A stretch of DNA of 64,000 bases from Eledone cirrhosa (lineage: Eukaryota): contig OZ024743.1 in assembly GCA_964016885.1 (NCBI GenBank), positions 147,188,001-147,252,000 of the forward strand. The letters run 5' to 3'. The notes under the pieces are model-generated. The model was not told the DNA's origin. It saw nothing but the letters and a program-made list of their open reading frames with translations, and searched no databases. The stretch's first letter is position 1. Every line of letters starts with the position of its first letter. A program made the position numbers and the translations under genes. This document shows, piece after piece, positions 44,733 through 58,172 of the stretch.

Positions 44733-45737
44733 TGTGTGTATGTGTGCGTGTGTGCGTATACATGTAAATATATACACATATTTGTGTATAAAATCGTACA
44801 TCAGACACACACACACACACACAAACAAACACACGCTCAGACACATTTTCTTTCGATCTTCTGGACATTCCGCCAGCAACTTGAACCAACTCAAAATCTG
44901 TCTCCACCATAAATCAAAACAGTCAAGGATAAGCCGTGAATAGCTATCTATTTTTCTTGAACGAATTTCCTACGCGCTTGGATTAAAATCATCACGCCTC
45001 TTCCCCTAAATGACCTACCATCCACATGCATGCATGTACAACTTTCGCAGAACCTATCACTACGATTAAACCAATAACAAAAGTGACTAACATTATAATA
45101 AAGCATCCATTTATGATTTCAAATAACGACTTTGTCTAGAAATGACACAGGAGTATTCATGAAAGAAATACATGACAGTATTTTACACATTGTTGGTGTA
45201 TCTTTAAGGACTATTCATGTGAGATCCATTTTCTAATCTTTATAAATTTACGAAGCCTTTTTAGTTCACATAGAACTGATGCAAGTTCTTTAACACTGAA
45301 TAAACAGCATAAATGCTCTCGGTGGATGTTGTTGTCATACGTGCGTTGTCTTTTTAAGGCACTTACAAAACATAACATATACAATGATACATTGTGCTCC
45401 TTAATAGGACCAAACATGGGATCAAATTCAGAGCCTTTTCTTAACTAAAGTTCTTATAATTTAAAAGGAGAGGAGTTTATAGTGTGGCATGACTACCCAT
45501 CAGATGAAAATAGAACTTGTTCAAAATTTTCGGTTCGTAAAAATCGGATACAGCTTCCGTTCCAATCTTTATATATATATATCAACAGTCGATCGACTTT
45601 CCTCAAATCGGATAGTGGAAACAATGTTTCCATTGGTATTTCCAATTGCTACAAATCCAGGTACAAAGAGCAACCTAAGATAAACTGTCTAGCCCAAGGA
45701 CATAACGCATCACTGAATATATATATCTATATATCAA

Positions 45738-45801
<64 letters not shown>

Positions 45802-46044
45802 CCCCTCTCTCTCTCTCCCTCTCTCTCTCTCTCCCTCTCTCTCTCTATCTCTTTCTCTCTCTCTGTATATATATATATATATATATATATAAATGAAAGG
45901 TAGAGTTAATAACTCATACTGAAACCCTGCAATTAACAAGCTCAAAGTATAAATACTGAGCATTATAATAATAATAATAATTATAATAGTAATAATTGCT
46001 GGCTTTGTGCCTAAAGTAGAAACAATAATAATAATAATAATGCT

Positions 46045-48076
46045 TTCTTTATTAACCACACGGGTTTACACAAAGTAGACATTAAGGACAGTACAGGACA
46101 ATATAGGACGGTACAAAAGGGCATTTCTGCGTGTAAAAAAAACAAAAAACAGAGGATGTAATAACAGAACACTGAAAAAATTCCCCAATAGGGGGGAAAC
46201 TTCCGAGGGACATTCGTGGAGAAAGCCCATTAAAAGCCACAGTGACCCTGACCAACAGGGCAAGTGCCCTCTCCCAGTTTTCCACCTTTAATTTACAGAC
46301 ACATACTCAGAGTAGGCCCATTCACTCGGGCCATTCTTGCCTCTCTCACCCATCTTTCAACAAAATGCTGGGAAGAGAGCTCTTCCATCTCTACCTTGAT
46401 TTTCCTTTTCAAATGAAATTTGAAAAAGTTATCAGGGCATCACCGAAGAGGTAAGTGCTCGTCTTCAGCCCTTTCAAACGTATCCACCATACTATCTCTT
46501 TCGCCATGGCCACCAGACAAATAAAAACTGCCTGCCCTTCCCGGCTAAAGGAGGAGGGCGGGGCAATCATCACGATGGACTCAGCTGATAGCTGGATCCG
46601 TCCTACACGCGACAGCAGGTGTTCGACATACACCCACAAGTCAGCAATGTTCGGACACTGGACGAGTGCGTGCCGGACGGTTTCGTCGCAATGCGCGCAT
46701 CTCGGACATGCCCGGCTGACGGCACCTCCATGCCTGTAGAATTTATCCCGAACTGGCAAAGCTCCTCGGTAGCACTGCCAGGCCAGGGATTTCTGGAAGT
46801 TGTCCATAGGCCCCGGCCTGAAAGTTCTTCCGAAGAGATTGGCTAGTTGATTTTCGTCGACGCCTAGAGTTTCCCCCAGTACGTCGACGCTCTTCCCCTC
46901 CACTAATCCTCTATAGAACGCCAAGGCGGAGTTTCCACCGACCACATTGCCCGATTGGTCGAGGGCTGTGAGCGCCTGAAGACATTCCAGTCTCCAAGCG
47001 CTCCCTCTTGGTCTTCGCTTGACCCAGTCTGCAGCTCCGCCAAGGAGACGAGCTGGGGAAAGATGTGTGTAGCAAACGGCGACCACACCTGAGCGCGTGT
47101 CTGCGCATCATCAGCCACGGCATGCCCAGCCCTCCAAGTAGCGAGTGTTGACAGCAGATGGACAGCCTGACCATCGGAGCGCATCCCTTCCATCGAAAGA
47201 GCAAACGCTCCAGCGCAGTCAGGCGGGGCTTAGGACAAGGTACGACGGTCAGGCGGTAGTAGATGACGGACGCGATGTACGCGTTAGTCACCTCCGCTTG
47301 ACCTTTCAGGGATAGCTTCCTCTCCGCCCATTTCTGGGTGAGAGAAGCCACCCTGCTCTTCACCTCGTCCCAGTTTTAGTCCGTCTAGAGGTCCGGACCG
47401 AACCAGACCCCGAGCAATTTAACCGGTCCGTCCGTCCAGCGCCTGACGATGCTATTGGACGGCATGGACCTGCCTCTCTAGGTGCCGAGCTACAGGCCCA
47501 CTGACTTTTCCTGGTTGATCATTGCTCCTGTCACCGCTTCGTATTCTCTTAGTGTAGTGCCGATCGCCTCGATGTGTTTGGCGTTCGACAACTACGGTGA
47601 TATCGTCCGCATATGCTAACACGGATCTTCCGCATCCTAGTTCGCGCGATACCCCCCTAACGTCTCCAGTTTGTGCAGTAATGGCTCGAGAGTCAATACG
47701 TACAAGAGGGACGAGAGGGGACATCCTTGGCGGACCGAGCGCATGATGTTGAACGGTTCCGAAAGGTGACCGTTCACTCTCACCACAGAGCAGATGTCTC
47801 TGTGCATGGCAGCGATCCAGCCTCTGAAAACGGGCCCAAAGCCAACCGCCCTCAGGACTGCCGCTAGGTAACGATGGTCGACCCTATCGAAAGCTTTCGA
47901 CTGATCTAAATTGATCAAGGACCCACTCGTGCCAGTTTCCCTAGCTACCTTCTCTACGATGTATCGCATGAGGTGGAGGTTGTCGTGGATGGATCTGTCG
48001 GGAATGGCGCATGACTGTGCCTCTCCCACCAGACCACCAACGACAAGCGCCAACATATTTGCTAGCACCTTGGCCA
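46045..48076 (-). pseudogene. 5'-truncated L1/Tx1-clade LINE ORF2 (RT + CCHC)
   Basis: LINLDQSKAFDRVDHRYL, SVRQGCPLSSLLYVL, AYADDIT, RKLSLKG, GGLGMP, CPRCAHCDETVRHALVQC; frameshifts; AATAAA and (ATT)n at the 3' end. Confidence 0.9.
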
Positions 48077-48350
48077 AAAAAGTGAATACTTCACCTCGTC
48101 CGCCGTAAGTCAAAAGTGGTGTGAGTGGACTGGTCTGAAATAACAGCCCAATACACACAACTTATAAGCTCACCTAGGAAGGGACCCGAAATATAAATGC
48201 AAGGTAGAGTTAATAACTCATACTGAAACCCTAACTCTACCTTTCATTTATATTTCGGCTCCCTTCCTAGGGACTTACGGCCGACGAGGTGAAGTATTCA
48301 CTTTTTTGTTGTGACCGTTACCATCAGGTGTTTGTGGCATTTAATCAGAT

Positions 48351-48432
48351 TCTCTCGCTGATGATGCCCGTAGATTATCTGTTACAAACACACTCAGGGC
48401 GAAACAGATTAACCCATAATCTGTCCGGGAGA
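48351..48432 (+). ncRNA. Type I hammerhead with full stem III (GUC)
   Basis: UCUCUCG-CUGAUGA-U-GCCC...GGGC-GAAA-CAGAUUA-ACCCA-UAAUCUG-UC-CGGGAGA. Confidence 0.9.
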
Positions 48433-48603
48433 TTAATCGTTATTGAGGTGGTCTATATAAATATTGTTATCATTCTGTTTGTTTCATGGTTAAATATCTC
48501 AACAAATGTGGTTCTTCAACCCTCGTAATATTAGACACACGATTTACTGTGTTTATTACTGCATATATTATATATATATTATATATATGCAGTTTATTAC
48601 TGC

Positions 48604-48643
<40 letters not shown>

Positions 48644-48648
<5 letters not shown>

Positions 48649-48938
48649 CAACTAGAAATTGATTAACATATAAGTAAACATGAATAATCACAGGAGATAA
48701 TTTTTACAAGTGTGTAAGCACACACAGCTAGGTAGGTGCTTCCACACTTGTAAAAATTATCTCCTGTGATTATTCATGTTTATTTATATGTTAATCAATT
48801 TCTAGTTGTTATAAAATGCTCGGACCTATTTATTAGAATCTTAGAGCTTATTTTGCGAGTGATATGGCGCATGCCTTTCGGGCATGACACCCACAATTTT
48901 GATTTAGATTAAATTCATTTTGATTTATCTTAATTTTG
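48644..48938. repeat. Fold-back (arms about 79 bp, 48644-48813) plus tail, between (TA)n tracts
   Basis: TATAACAACTAGAAATTG...CAATTTCTAGTTGTTATA with a spacer of about 13 nt. Confidence 0.88.
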
Positions 48939-48982
48939 TATATATATATATATATGAATTTTATATTCTCTGAGTGAGAAGA

Positions 48983-49066
48983 ACCCTCTGACGAGAGTCT
49001 CCTTCTCAATGGTGGTCCGCATGGATTATCCATTTATTTTGAGACTTGAAACCGCGCGGTAAAGGT
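48983..49066 (+). ncRNA. Type I hammerhead with extended stem II (family B)
   Basis: ACCCU-CUGACGA-GAGUCUC...GAGACUU-GAAA-CCGCGCGG-UA-AAGGU; one stem I mismatch. Confidence 0.8.
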
Positions 49067-49134
49067 AAATATAGTAAGTACAGTAAACTTTTTAAAATTC
49101 ATTTTAAAACTTTTTCTCTATTTGCTAAACCTTG

Positions 49135-49175
<41 letters not shown>

Positions 49176-49798
49176 TAAATTTCTTTAAGTCGTTTGGAAG
49201 CCTCGACAATGCAGATGGGTAAATCTCCGGGTAACAAGATCCGGTGGTCGAGAGAGAGATGTAAGTGGGTGTACGTTGAGATGCGTGGGTGTATAAGACT
49301 GTAGCGTGTAGAGGAATGAAGGAAAGAGCGTAAAGGATAAAAATAAAAATAAAAATACGAGATAGAGTTACCTTGGGAGAGATTTGATTGTCCCTATATA
49401 TTTCGGATTCAAATCCATCAACTGGGGTTTTTTCCGGGGGGGGGGGAGGTTGTCTGTCGGAAAGGTGCGAAACGTGTCTTCCGGTGTTCATTGTTTTGAA
49501 TATTTGAGGTATTCAGCAGAGCGCGCGTGCGCGTGAAATGGGGTCGATCAGGCAGAGGTCAGCGGCCTAAGTAGTTCTTTCAATTTTGGGAGTGGGGTGG
49601 CGCTAGCTGTCAGTCCATAGTATTCTCTGCCTGTTTGGTGAATGTTACTGTGTGTGTGTATGTGAGTGTGTTGTTGTCTCGCTTGAGTATGTGTGTGTGT
49701 TCGTGTGTTGTTGCCTTGTTCCTCTGTATTGGCAGTGTAGTATGTTCGTATGGTGGAATGCTACTGTGTGTGTGTGTGTGCGTGTGTTGCTGTCTCGC

Positions 49799-49834
<36 letters not shown>

Positions 49835-49966
49835 GTTGCTGCATCGTTTGTTAAATTAAACCAACTACCTCATTTCGCTTCTCTCGGATCGGTTGTTTAA
49901 TGTCAATGTCCTGCCACTCGAAATAGCAGCAGAACTCGGAAATTTTATATTCTCCGAGTGAGAAGA

Positions 49967-50050
49967 ACCCTCTGACGAGAGTCTCCTTCTCAATGGTGGT
50001 CCGCATGGATTATCCATTTATTTTGAGACTTGAAACCGCGCGGTAAGGGT
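49967..50050 (+). ncRNA. Type I hammerhead, family B, second tandem copy
   Basis: As 48983-49066 but with perfect stem I ACCCU/AGGGU; offset 984. Confidence 0.88.
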
Positions 50051-50371
50051 AAATATAGTAAGTACAGTAAACTTTTATATCTCTCTCTATATATATATAC
50101 AAGTTAATATAAATTAATATACGGTAAACACATAAGTGTTTGTATTGCAAAAGACGAAGTTAGCTAGAAAGAAATAAACTAATTAAAATGAATATAGTTT
50201 GCCTGTCTCGATTTAAAATAATAAATCAATAAAAAAAAACCCATATTGGCAAAAGCCGTGATTCCTGGACAAATTTAAATTATATTAACTTGTATTTCAC
50301 GGCTCAGAAATGCTTCTTTCTTTGAGCTAATTAATTGTAAAGGACTGTTTGAGTTTAAAGCTCTAAATATA

Positions 50372-50432
<61 letters not shown>

Positions 50433-50584
50433 AAATGGCGTGCTGCGTGGTTGCAAATAATATGAATAAAAATAGTCCTTCATCAGTGATCTTCCAGCCT
50501 TCATTGGTATTTCATCGCTTCGTGGCTTGGTGGTTTGATAATTGCAATCATAGGTTGTGAGTTCGATTCCCGAAGCGGGCGATG

Positions 50585-50639
<55 letters not shown>

Positions 50640-50870
50640 TTCGAATAGATAGTGAGAAAATTCTTATAGCAAGATGCAGCGACCTCACCTTGAACTATGA
50701 ACATTATGCTCTTTCTAATGAAGTGCGATTGAGACCAATACTCTGCAGTTAGCGCCGTAGACTGATATTGTATAGAAACATATGTTAAGGAGCCAACTCT
50801 AAATACATTTTTTCTTCTAACATGTACTTCTTGCCTAGTCATTTATTCTTCCTGGTACATTTATTCTTCC

Positions 50871-50933
<63 letters not shown>

Positions 50934-50934
50934 G

Positions 50935-53285
50935 AGTCTAAACGGACGTCTTTTTGCTCGCTCTCGTAAGTTTATTTATTTGCCTGTCAAAACTTATTTA
51001 TTGAATTCTTTGTTGTTGTGTAAGGCATACAAGCCCTTGGACTTTGCCCTGTGAAGGGAAAGAATAATATTTGGGCCTTTTGGCCCAAATATTTGAACTC
51101 TTTTACATTTTTAAAAATTATCGAAAAAAACAAAACAAAAAAAACATCGCTGAGCCACGCCCCACAGCGATATGTCTGCTGTCGTGCGACAACGGCGTAA
51201 AAGTTGAGAGGAAGGCTACGGCGAAAATAACAGAAATTGATACAACAAACGCCACCACAAACACCGGGAACAAAGACAGCAATGATAACAACCCTGAGAA
51301 CTCTAATTTTGAAAAAAATGACAGTATCAGCAACAATGAAAATACAGATAACAGAAAAAATCACAAATGCAACAACAATATTAACACCACTAACATGAAA
51401 ACATTCGCTAGGGTCGACCATCGGTACCTGGAGGCTGTCCTCAAGGCGGCTGGCTTCGGCCTCGTCTTCAGAAGCTGGATCGCTGCAATGCACAGCGGCA
51501 CCTGCTCGGTAGTCAAAATTAATCGCCACCTCTCGGAACCGTTACAAGTCTCCCGATCGGTCCGTCAAGGGTGCTCTCTCTCCTCCCTTTTGTACGTATT
51601 GACTCTCAAGCCTTTACTGCGGAAGCTGGAGCTGTTGTAGGGCATCCCGCTCGAACCGGGACGCGGAAAGGGTGTGTCGGCTTATGCGGACGACATCACC
51701 GTGATGGTGTCGGACACCTCAAAAATCGAGGTGGTCGGCAACTTATTGGAGGAATATGAAAGGTTGACGGGAGCAAAACTTAACCCGGAAAAGTCGGTGG
51801 TCTTGCAACGCGACACCCGGAGAGGCAGGTCCATACCATCCAACAGCGTCTTTAGGCGCTGGACGAACGGAGCGGTAAAGTTGATCGGGGTTTGGTTTGG
51901 GCCAGACCTCCAGGTGGATAAGAATTGGGACGAGCTGACGGGCAGTGTAGTCAGTCTCACCCTTAAATGGGCTAGGAGAAAGCTATCACTGAAAGGTCGG
52001 GCGGAGGTGGCGAACGCGTACATCGCGTCCGTCAGCTACTACCGTCTGACCGTCGTCTCTTTCCCTCGTTCGCGCCTCGCCATCTTGGAGCGGCTCCTCT
52101 TCAAATTCTTGTGGAGAGGTCAGGTTCCGCTGGCGAGGCGGTCCATCTGCTTCCAGCACCCTCCACGTGGAGGGATGGGCGTGCCATGGCTACTAAGCGC
52201 AGACACGTGCTGAGGCTGCGGCATCTCCAGATATTCTGCCTAAACGGTGAACAGGTGTGGACGCCGTTTGTCAGACGGACCTTTCCGCAGCTTGTTTCTT
52301 GACTGAGTTGCAGTCCTGGGTCAAGAAGAGACCGAGACTGGGTGAGTGGTATCTGGAATGTTGCCAGGCACTCACTGCCCTCTACCAAGCGGGCAATGCG
52401 GTCAATGGAACCTCCACTCTCGAGTTCTATAGAGGATTAAGGTGGGCAAATGCGACGACGCACTCGGAGAGGCTCTGGGAGTCGACGAAGTCGAACTAAC
52501 CAGTCTGTTCCAGAATGCTTTCGAGCCAGGGACGATGGATCATTTACAAAAATCCCTTGCTTGGCAGTGCTACCGGGGGGCACTGCCGGTTCGAGATAAA
52601 CTCTACAGGCACGGAAGTGCTGTCAGAGGGACCTGCCCAAGATGCGCGCAGAGCGACGAACCGTTCTGCACGTACTCGTCGAGTGTCCGTGCATTACTGA
52701 CTTGTGGAGTTATGTCGAACAACTATTGTCGTGTGTAGAACGGATACGGCTATCGGCTGAGTCCATAGTGAAGATCGACCAGCCGCCTTCTTTTGGCCAG
52801 GAAGGGCAGAACATTTTCCTTTGTCTGGTGGCAGTAGCGAAAGAGGTTGTATGGTGGACCAGGTTGAAAGTACTGAAGACAGAGACTTTTCTCTTCGGCC
52901 AATCCCTCATCAACTTTTTCAAGTTTCACTTGGAAAGGAAGGTGAGGGTGGAAAGAGAAGTGCTTCCCCCCAGTACATTTGCTGAAAGGTGGGTGAATGT
53001 GGCGAGAATAGCTCGTGTGAGTGGGCCTACTCTGTGTAAATTTGAAGAGGAGAGGGGTGCCCTTCCAGGGTGCTCTCAAAGCGTCGGGTCGTTCAGGATT
53101 GGTGGTGTACCTGAGCGAACCCTGGGTGATCATTCCTCCTATTGGGGAATTTTTCTCGTATTTTTATTGTTAATTTGTTATTGTTATTCATATTGTTACT
53201 CGATTTTTCTGCAAAACCCCACTGTCCCAGTCTTTTGTATTGTCCCCTATATGTCGGCCCTTGTGGCCAATAAATGAAATCAATA
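50935..53285 (+). pseudogene. L1/Tx1-clade LINE, probably internally deleted (RT homology from about 51397)
   Basis: FARVDHRYL, SVRQGCSLSSLLY, SAYADDITV, RKLSLKGRAEV, CPRC..TVLHVLVEC; homologous to 46045-48076; stops and frameshifts. The 5' boundary is inferred. Confidence 0.88.
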
Positions 53286-53289
53286 TTAT

Positions 53290-53477
53290 CGGTGAATTGG
53301 CAGTATCGGTAGAGGGTCGGACACCATGCTTTGACGCATAGAGTTACGGCCCTTGCCATTTTGAGTTCAAATCACGCCGAGGTTAAATTTGCTTTCATCC
53401 GTACTGGGTCGATAAAATAAAGTACCAGTAATGTACTGGATGTTTTGCTGGCCTTGTGGCAATAATAGAAACAATTA
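53290..53477 (+). mobile_element. SINE copy directly after the Tx1 3' end
   Basis: Match to 2725-2912. Confidence 0.85.
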
Positions 53478-53501
53478 TTATTGTTATTATTATATATACA
53501 T

Positions 53502-53617
<116 letters not shown>

Positions 53618-53973
53618 TATATATATATCATATATATATATATGTATATATATATATATGGCTTCCTTGTTCAATCATCTTACCAGAAGCCTGACATTAT
53701 TTATGTAAGCGGACTGTACTTGATTTAGAAGCCGCAGAAACCTATATACTGGATTTTACCAACCTTCCAAGGGTCCGGGTAAATTTTCAATACCCAAATT
53801 ACTTGATCGTATTTTTGGCTATGCGAATGATTGTTTAACCATCGTCTCAGTGTGTTTGGCCTTTAACGTTTATTATAGCTCTGGTTCATCTGAACCTTTG
53901 AGCACTTGCCGCACATCTCGGATGTTGTTTTTCGTTATTTCATGGGGCGAAATGCGAATCTCGATAAATTATG

Positions 53974-54124
<151 letters not shown>

Positions 54125-54260
54125 TATGTATGTATATATAATAATAATTGCTTCTACTTTCTGCACAAGGCCAGCATTTGCCAGTGCATTACTGGTACTT
54201 TATATATAATAATAATATATATATATATCATATATATATGTCTATATATCATATATATAT

Positions 54261-54382
<122 letters not shown>

Positions 54383-54647
54383 ATATATAAATATATCATA
54401 TATATATATATGATATATATATACATATATATATATATAAGTATGTATACGTACATAGATATATGTATACAGACGTACAGTAGTATGTATATATATATAC
54501 ATGCATGCACACATATATATATATGTACGTATGGATTCACAGAACATTTATTATAATGTTCGGTGTGTTTGTAAACAAACATCCCGAATTAAGCCGTACA
54601 GTGTCTAGCACCCATCGTTGATCATTTGTTCAACACTGACAAAGGAA

Positions 54648-54688
54648 CGCTGTACTAGTTTCAAGCTTATTAGCTATCGTCAGCAACG
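54648..54688 (-). ncRNA. Minimal type I hammerhead, family C
   Basis: CGUUG-CUGACGA-UAGCUAAUAAGCUU-GAAA-CUAG-UA-CAGCG. Confidence 0.85.
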
Positions 54689-55094
54689 TATACCTTCCTG
54701 CCAGATGATTGAAGATCTGAAAGTATATACTTTCCTTATGCATATTAACGGCTGAGCAGCCTAATTTGCATATCGAATGAGTTAATCGGCCGGGCGCACC
54801 GAAAATGATAAACGGAAAAATGAAACGAAATTTCATTTCTCACTCTTAGTACGGCTGTTACTTAAATATAAGTATGTATACGTACATACATATATGTATA
54901 CAGACGTACAGTAGTATGTATATATATATATATACATACATGCACATATATATATATATATATATATATATGTACGTATGGATTCACTGAACATTTATTA
55001 TAATGCTCGGTGCGTTTGTAAACAAACATCCCGAATTAAGCCGTACAGTGTCTAGCAACCATCGTTGCTCATTTGTTCAACACTGACAAAGGAA

Positions 55095-55135
55095 CGCTGT
55101 ACTAGTTTCAAGCTTATTAGCTATCGTCAGCAACG
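55095..55135 (-). ncRNA. Minimal type I hammerhead, family C, tandem copy
   Basis: Identical motif 447 bp from the 54648 copy. Confidence 0.85.
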
Positions 55136-55161
55136 TATACCATCCTGCCGTTTATATATAT

Positions 55162-55308
<147 letters not shown>

Positions 55309-55322
55309 GATATATATATATG

Positions 55323-55354
<32 letters not shown>

Positions 55355-55393
55355 GATATATATATATATATAATATATATATATATGATATAT

Positions 55394-55487
<94 letters not shown>

Positions 55488-55685
55488 GATAAATCTACCA
55501 AGAGTTTACGGTAGTGTCCAATCCGTATGAAGAACTCAATGTATTCCGGATATCATGGAAAGAAGAGATGTAATGAAAAATCACTTTCGGTGAAAGATAA
55601 ACGGTATACAGAGTCAAGATAAAATATTAAACAAATAATGAATAAAACAATGAAACAGTTCCTTATATTAAACAAAAAAAAAGTT

Positions 55686-55835
55686 CATTATTTAACGATC
55701 GTTTCTAGGATATATATGTGTTAGAATTGGTATGCATATTCAACAGATCTATGTACAAAATTATACAGAATTATACAAACTATCAAGATTAAATATACAT
55801 ACCAACACATATATACGCCGTCTTCAGAAATAATG
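55686..55835 (-). ncRNA. Type I hammerhead ribozyme with 115-nt stem II
   Basis: Minus strand: CAUUAUUU-CUGAAGA-[115-nt hairpin]-GAAA-CGAUCG-UU-AAAUAAUG; 8-bp stem I, palindromic stem III ACGAUCGU, GUU triplet. Confidence 0.85.
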
Positions 55836-56447
55836 AAATATATTTATTGATAATAACAACAATTCAAAATTTCAGGTCCGTTTGGGAACAAAATTGACCA
55901 ATGAAAATACAAAAGGTTTTATGCCGTTCGGTGTGTGTATATACATGTAACTACCCTTACACATATTTTACAAAAATGTATGCTCAACATGTATACGCAT
56001 ACCAAAAGGATGGATGCAAATACAAAATTTCAAGGTTAATGTCTCTGTAAGTTTATAATGCACAGATAAGATGCGTATAGACACATAAATATGAAATAAG
56101 TGTATACACATATTCTCATACTCACACATATCCGTACAATCACACACACGCGCGCGTATATGCATAAACATACACATAATTACGAACATACAAACACACA
56201 CACACCCCCACTCACATATATATATATGTGGATATCATAAGCACATGGATATTAATTCACTCACATAAACACTGCCACACACATTTAGATCAAGATACAG
56301 AAATTAGGTGGGAGGGGGGGAGAGGTCAGTATTCAACGGTTTGAGCAGACTGCTTATTATAGATGTATCTATAAACTAAGAAAATAAAAAATAAAAATTA
56401 AAAGGAAAGAAAAGAAAAAGAAAAGAAAAAAGAAATATATCAAGAAA

Positions 56448-56478
<31 letters not shown>

Positions 56479-56479
56479 C

Positions 56480-56512
<33 letters not shown>

Positions 56513-56614
56513 AAAACACACACATACATATACACACATCCACACTTAGAACATACATACACACACATATATAAACATATACATATACACACATACACAC
56601 ATATACACACATAC

Positions 56615-56687
<73 letters not shown>

Positions 56688-57231
56688 TACACACATAATC
56701 ACACATACTATATAGACACACATATATATACACACATACACGCACATATACATACACATACATACTTATATACATACAGATATACACATACATACCTATA
56801 TATACACACAAATACATACAGACATACATACATACATACACACAAATACTTACGCATCCATATATCGGTATATACATACAAACACCACTACACTCTCACA
56901 CAACTCAGACATACAAAGAAAAAGGTATATACCTATACACATATACATATACAAATAGAGATACATATACATATATATATATACATATATATACACATAC
57001 ATATATACATATACATATATATATATATATATACATACACATATACACACACATACATACATACACATACATACATGTACACACACATACATATACATAC
57101 ATACACACATACACACATACATATATAGTCATACACACACATACACCTACACGAACATACACATACACATATATAAAGATATATATACACACACACACAT
57201 ACACACACACAAATATATATAAAAAATAAAG

Positions 57232-57262
<31 letters not shown>

Positions 57263-57605
57263 TATATACATACATATACATACACACATACATAAACATA
57301 TATGTACATACATAGACATACATACATACATATACACATATATATACATATATATATACACACATAGACACATACATACATACATACACAACATACATAC
57401 ACACACATATATACTCATACATAGAATTAGATATATATTCATACATACATACGCACTTACATATACTCATATATACAAATACATACGCATCCATATATGC
57501 GTATATACATACAAACACCACTACACCCCCACACAACTCAGACATACAAAGAAAAAGGCATATACATATACATATATACACACATTAATAGAGATATATA
57601 TACAC

Positions 57606-57636
<31 letters not shown>

Positions 57637-57845
57637 CATTTATATATATACACCCACACACACATACAACCATAAACACACATACAAATACACACATACA
57701 CATATATATACACATACATATATATACACACACACAAAAAACAGACATACACATATATATTTTTTTACACACATATATACACATATATATACATATACAC
57801 ACCCTCACATATACACACATACACATAAGTTATATTATAATAATA

Positions 57846-57892
<47 letters not shown>

Positions 57893-58131
57893 CGAATATA
57901 GACATATATACACACATAGATATACATATATATATACATATACACACACACACACACACACTCACATATATATGTGCGCATACGTACATATATACACATA
58001 CACACATATACTCGTAAACACATACATGTGCATACATGCACATACACACATATACCCACATAGATACGAAGATAGACATATAAATAGAGAGACATACATA
58101 TATATACACACACATATATACATACATACAT

Positions 58132-58172
<41 letters not shown>

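Larger units (their letters stand above)
48957..50076 (+). mobile_element. Non-autonomous HHR element with two family B pseudo-LTRs 984 bp apart
   Basis: Direct repeat of about 135 bp (48957-49093 and 49941-50076); GC-richer non-coding interior. Confidence 0.7.
54439..55154 (-). mobile_element. Retrozyme-like tandem repeat (about 430-447 bp unit, one HHR per unit)
   Basis: 54439-54700 repeats at 54870-55147; non-coding; dispersed copies at 31258-31515, 35835-35890 and 44382-44604. Confidence 0.8.

Noticed and set aside
50517-50585. tRNA-like A and B boxes
   Set aside because: No complete cloverleaf; probably a SINE head.
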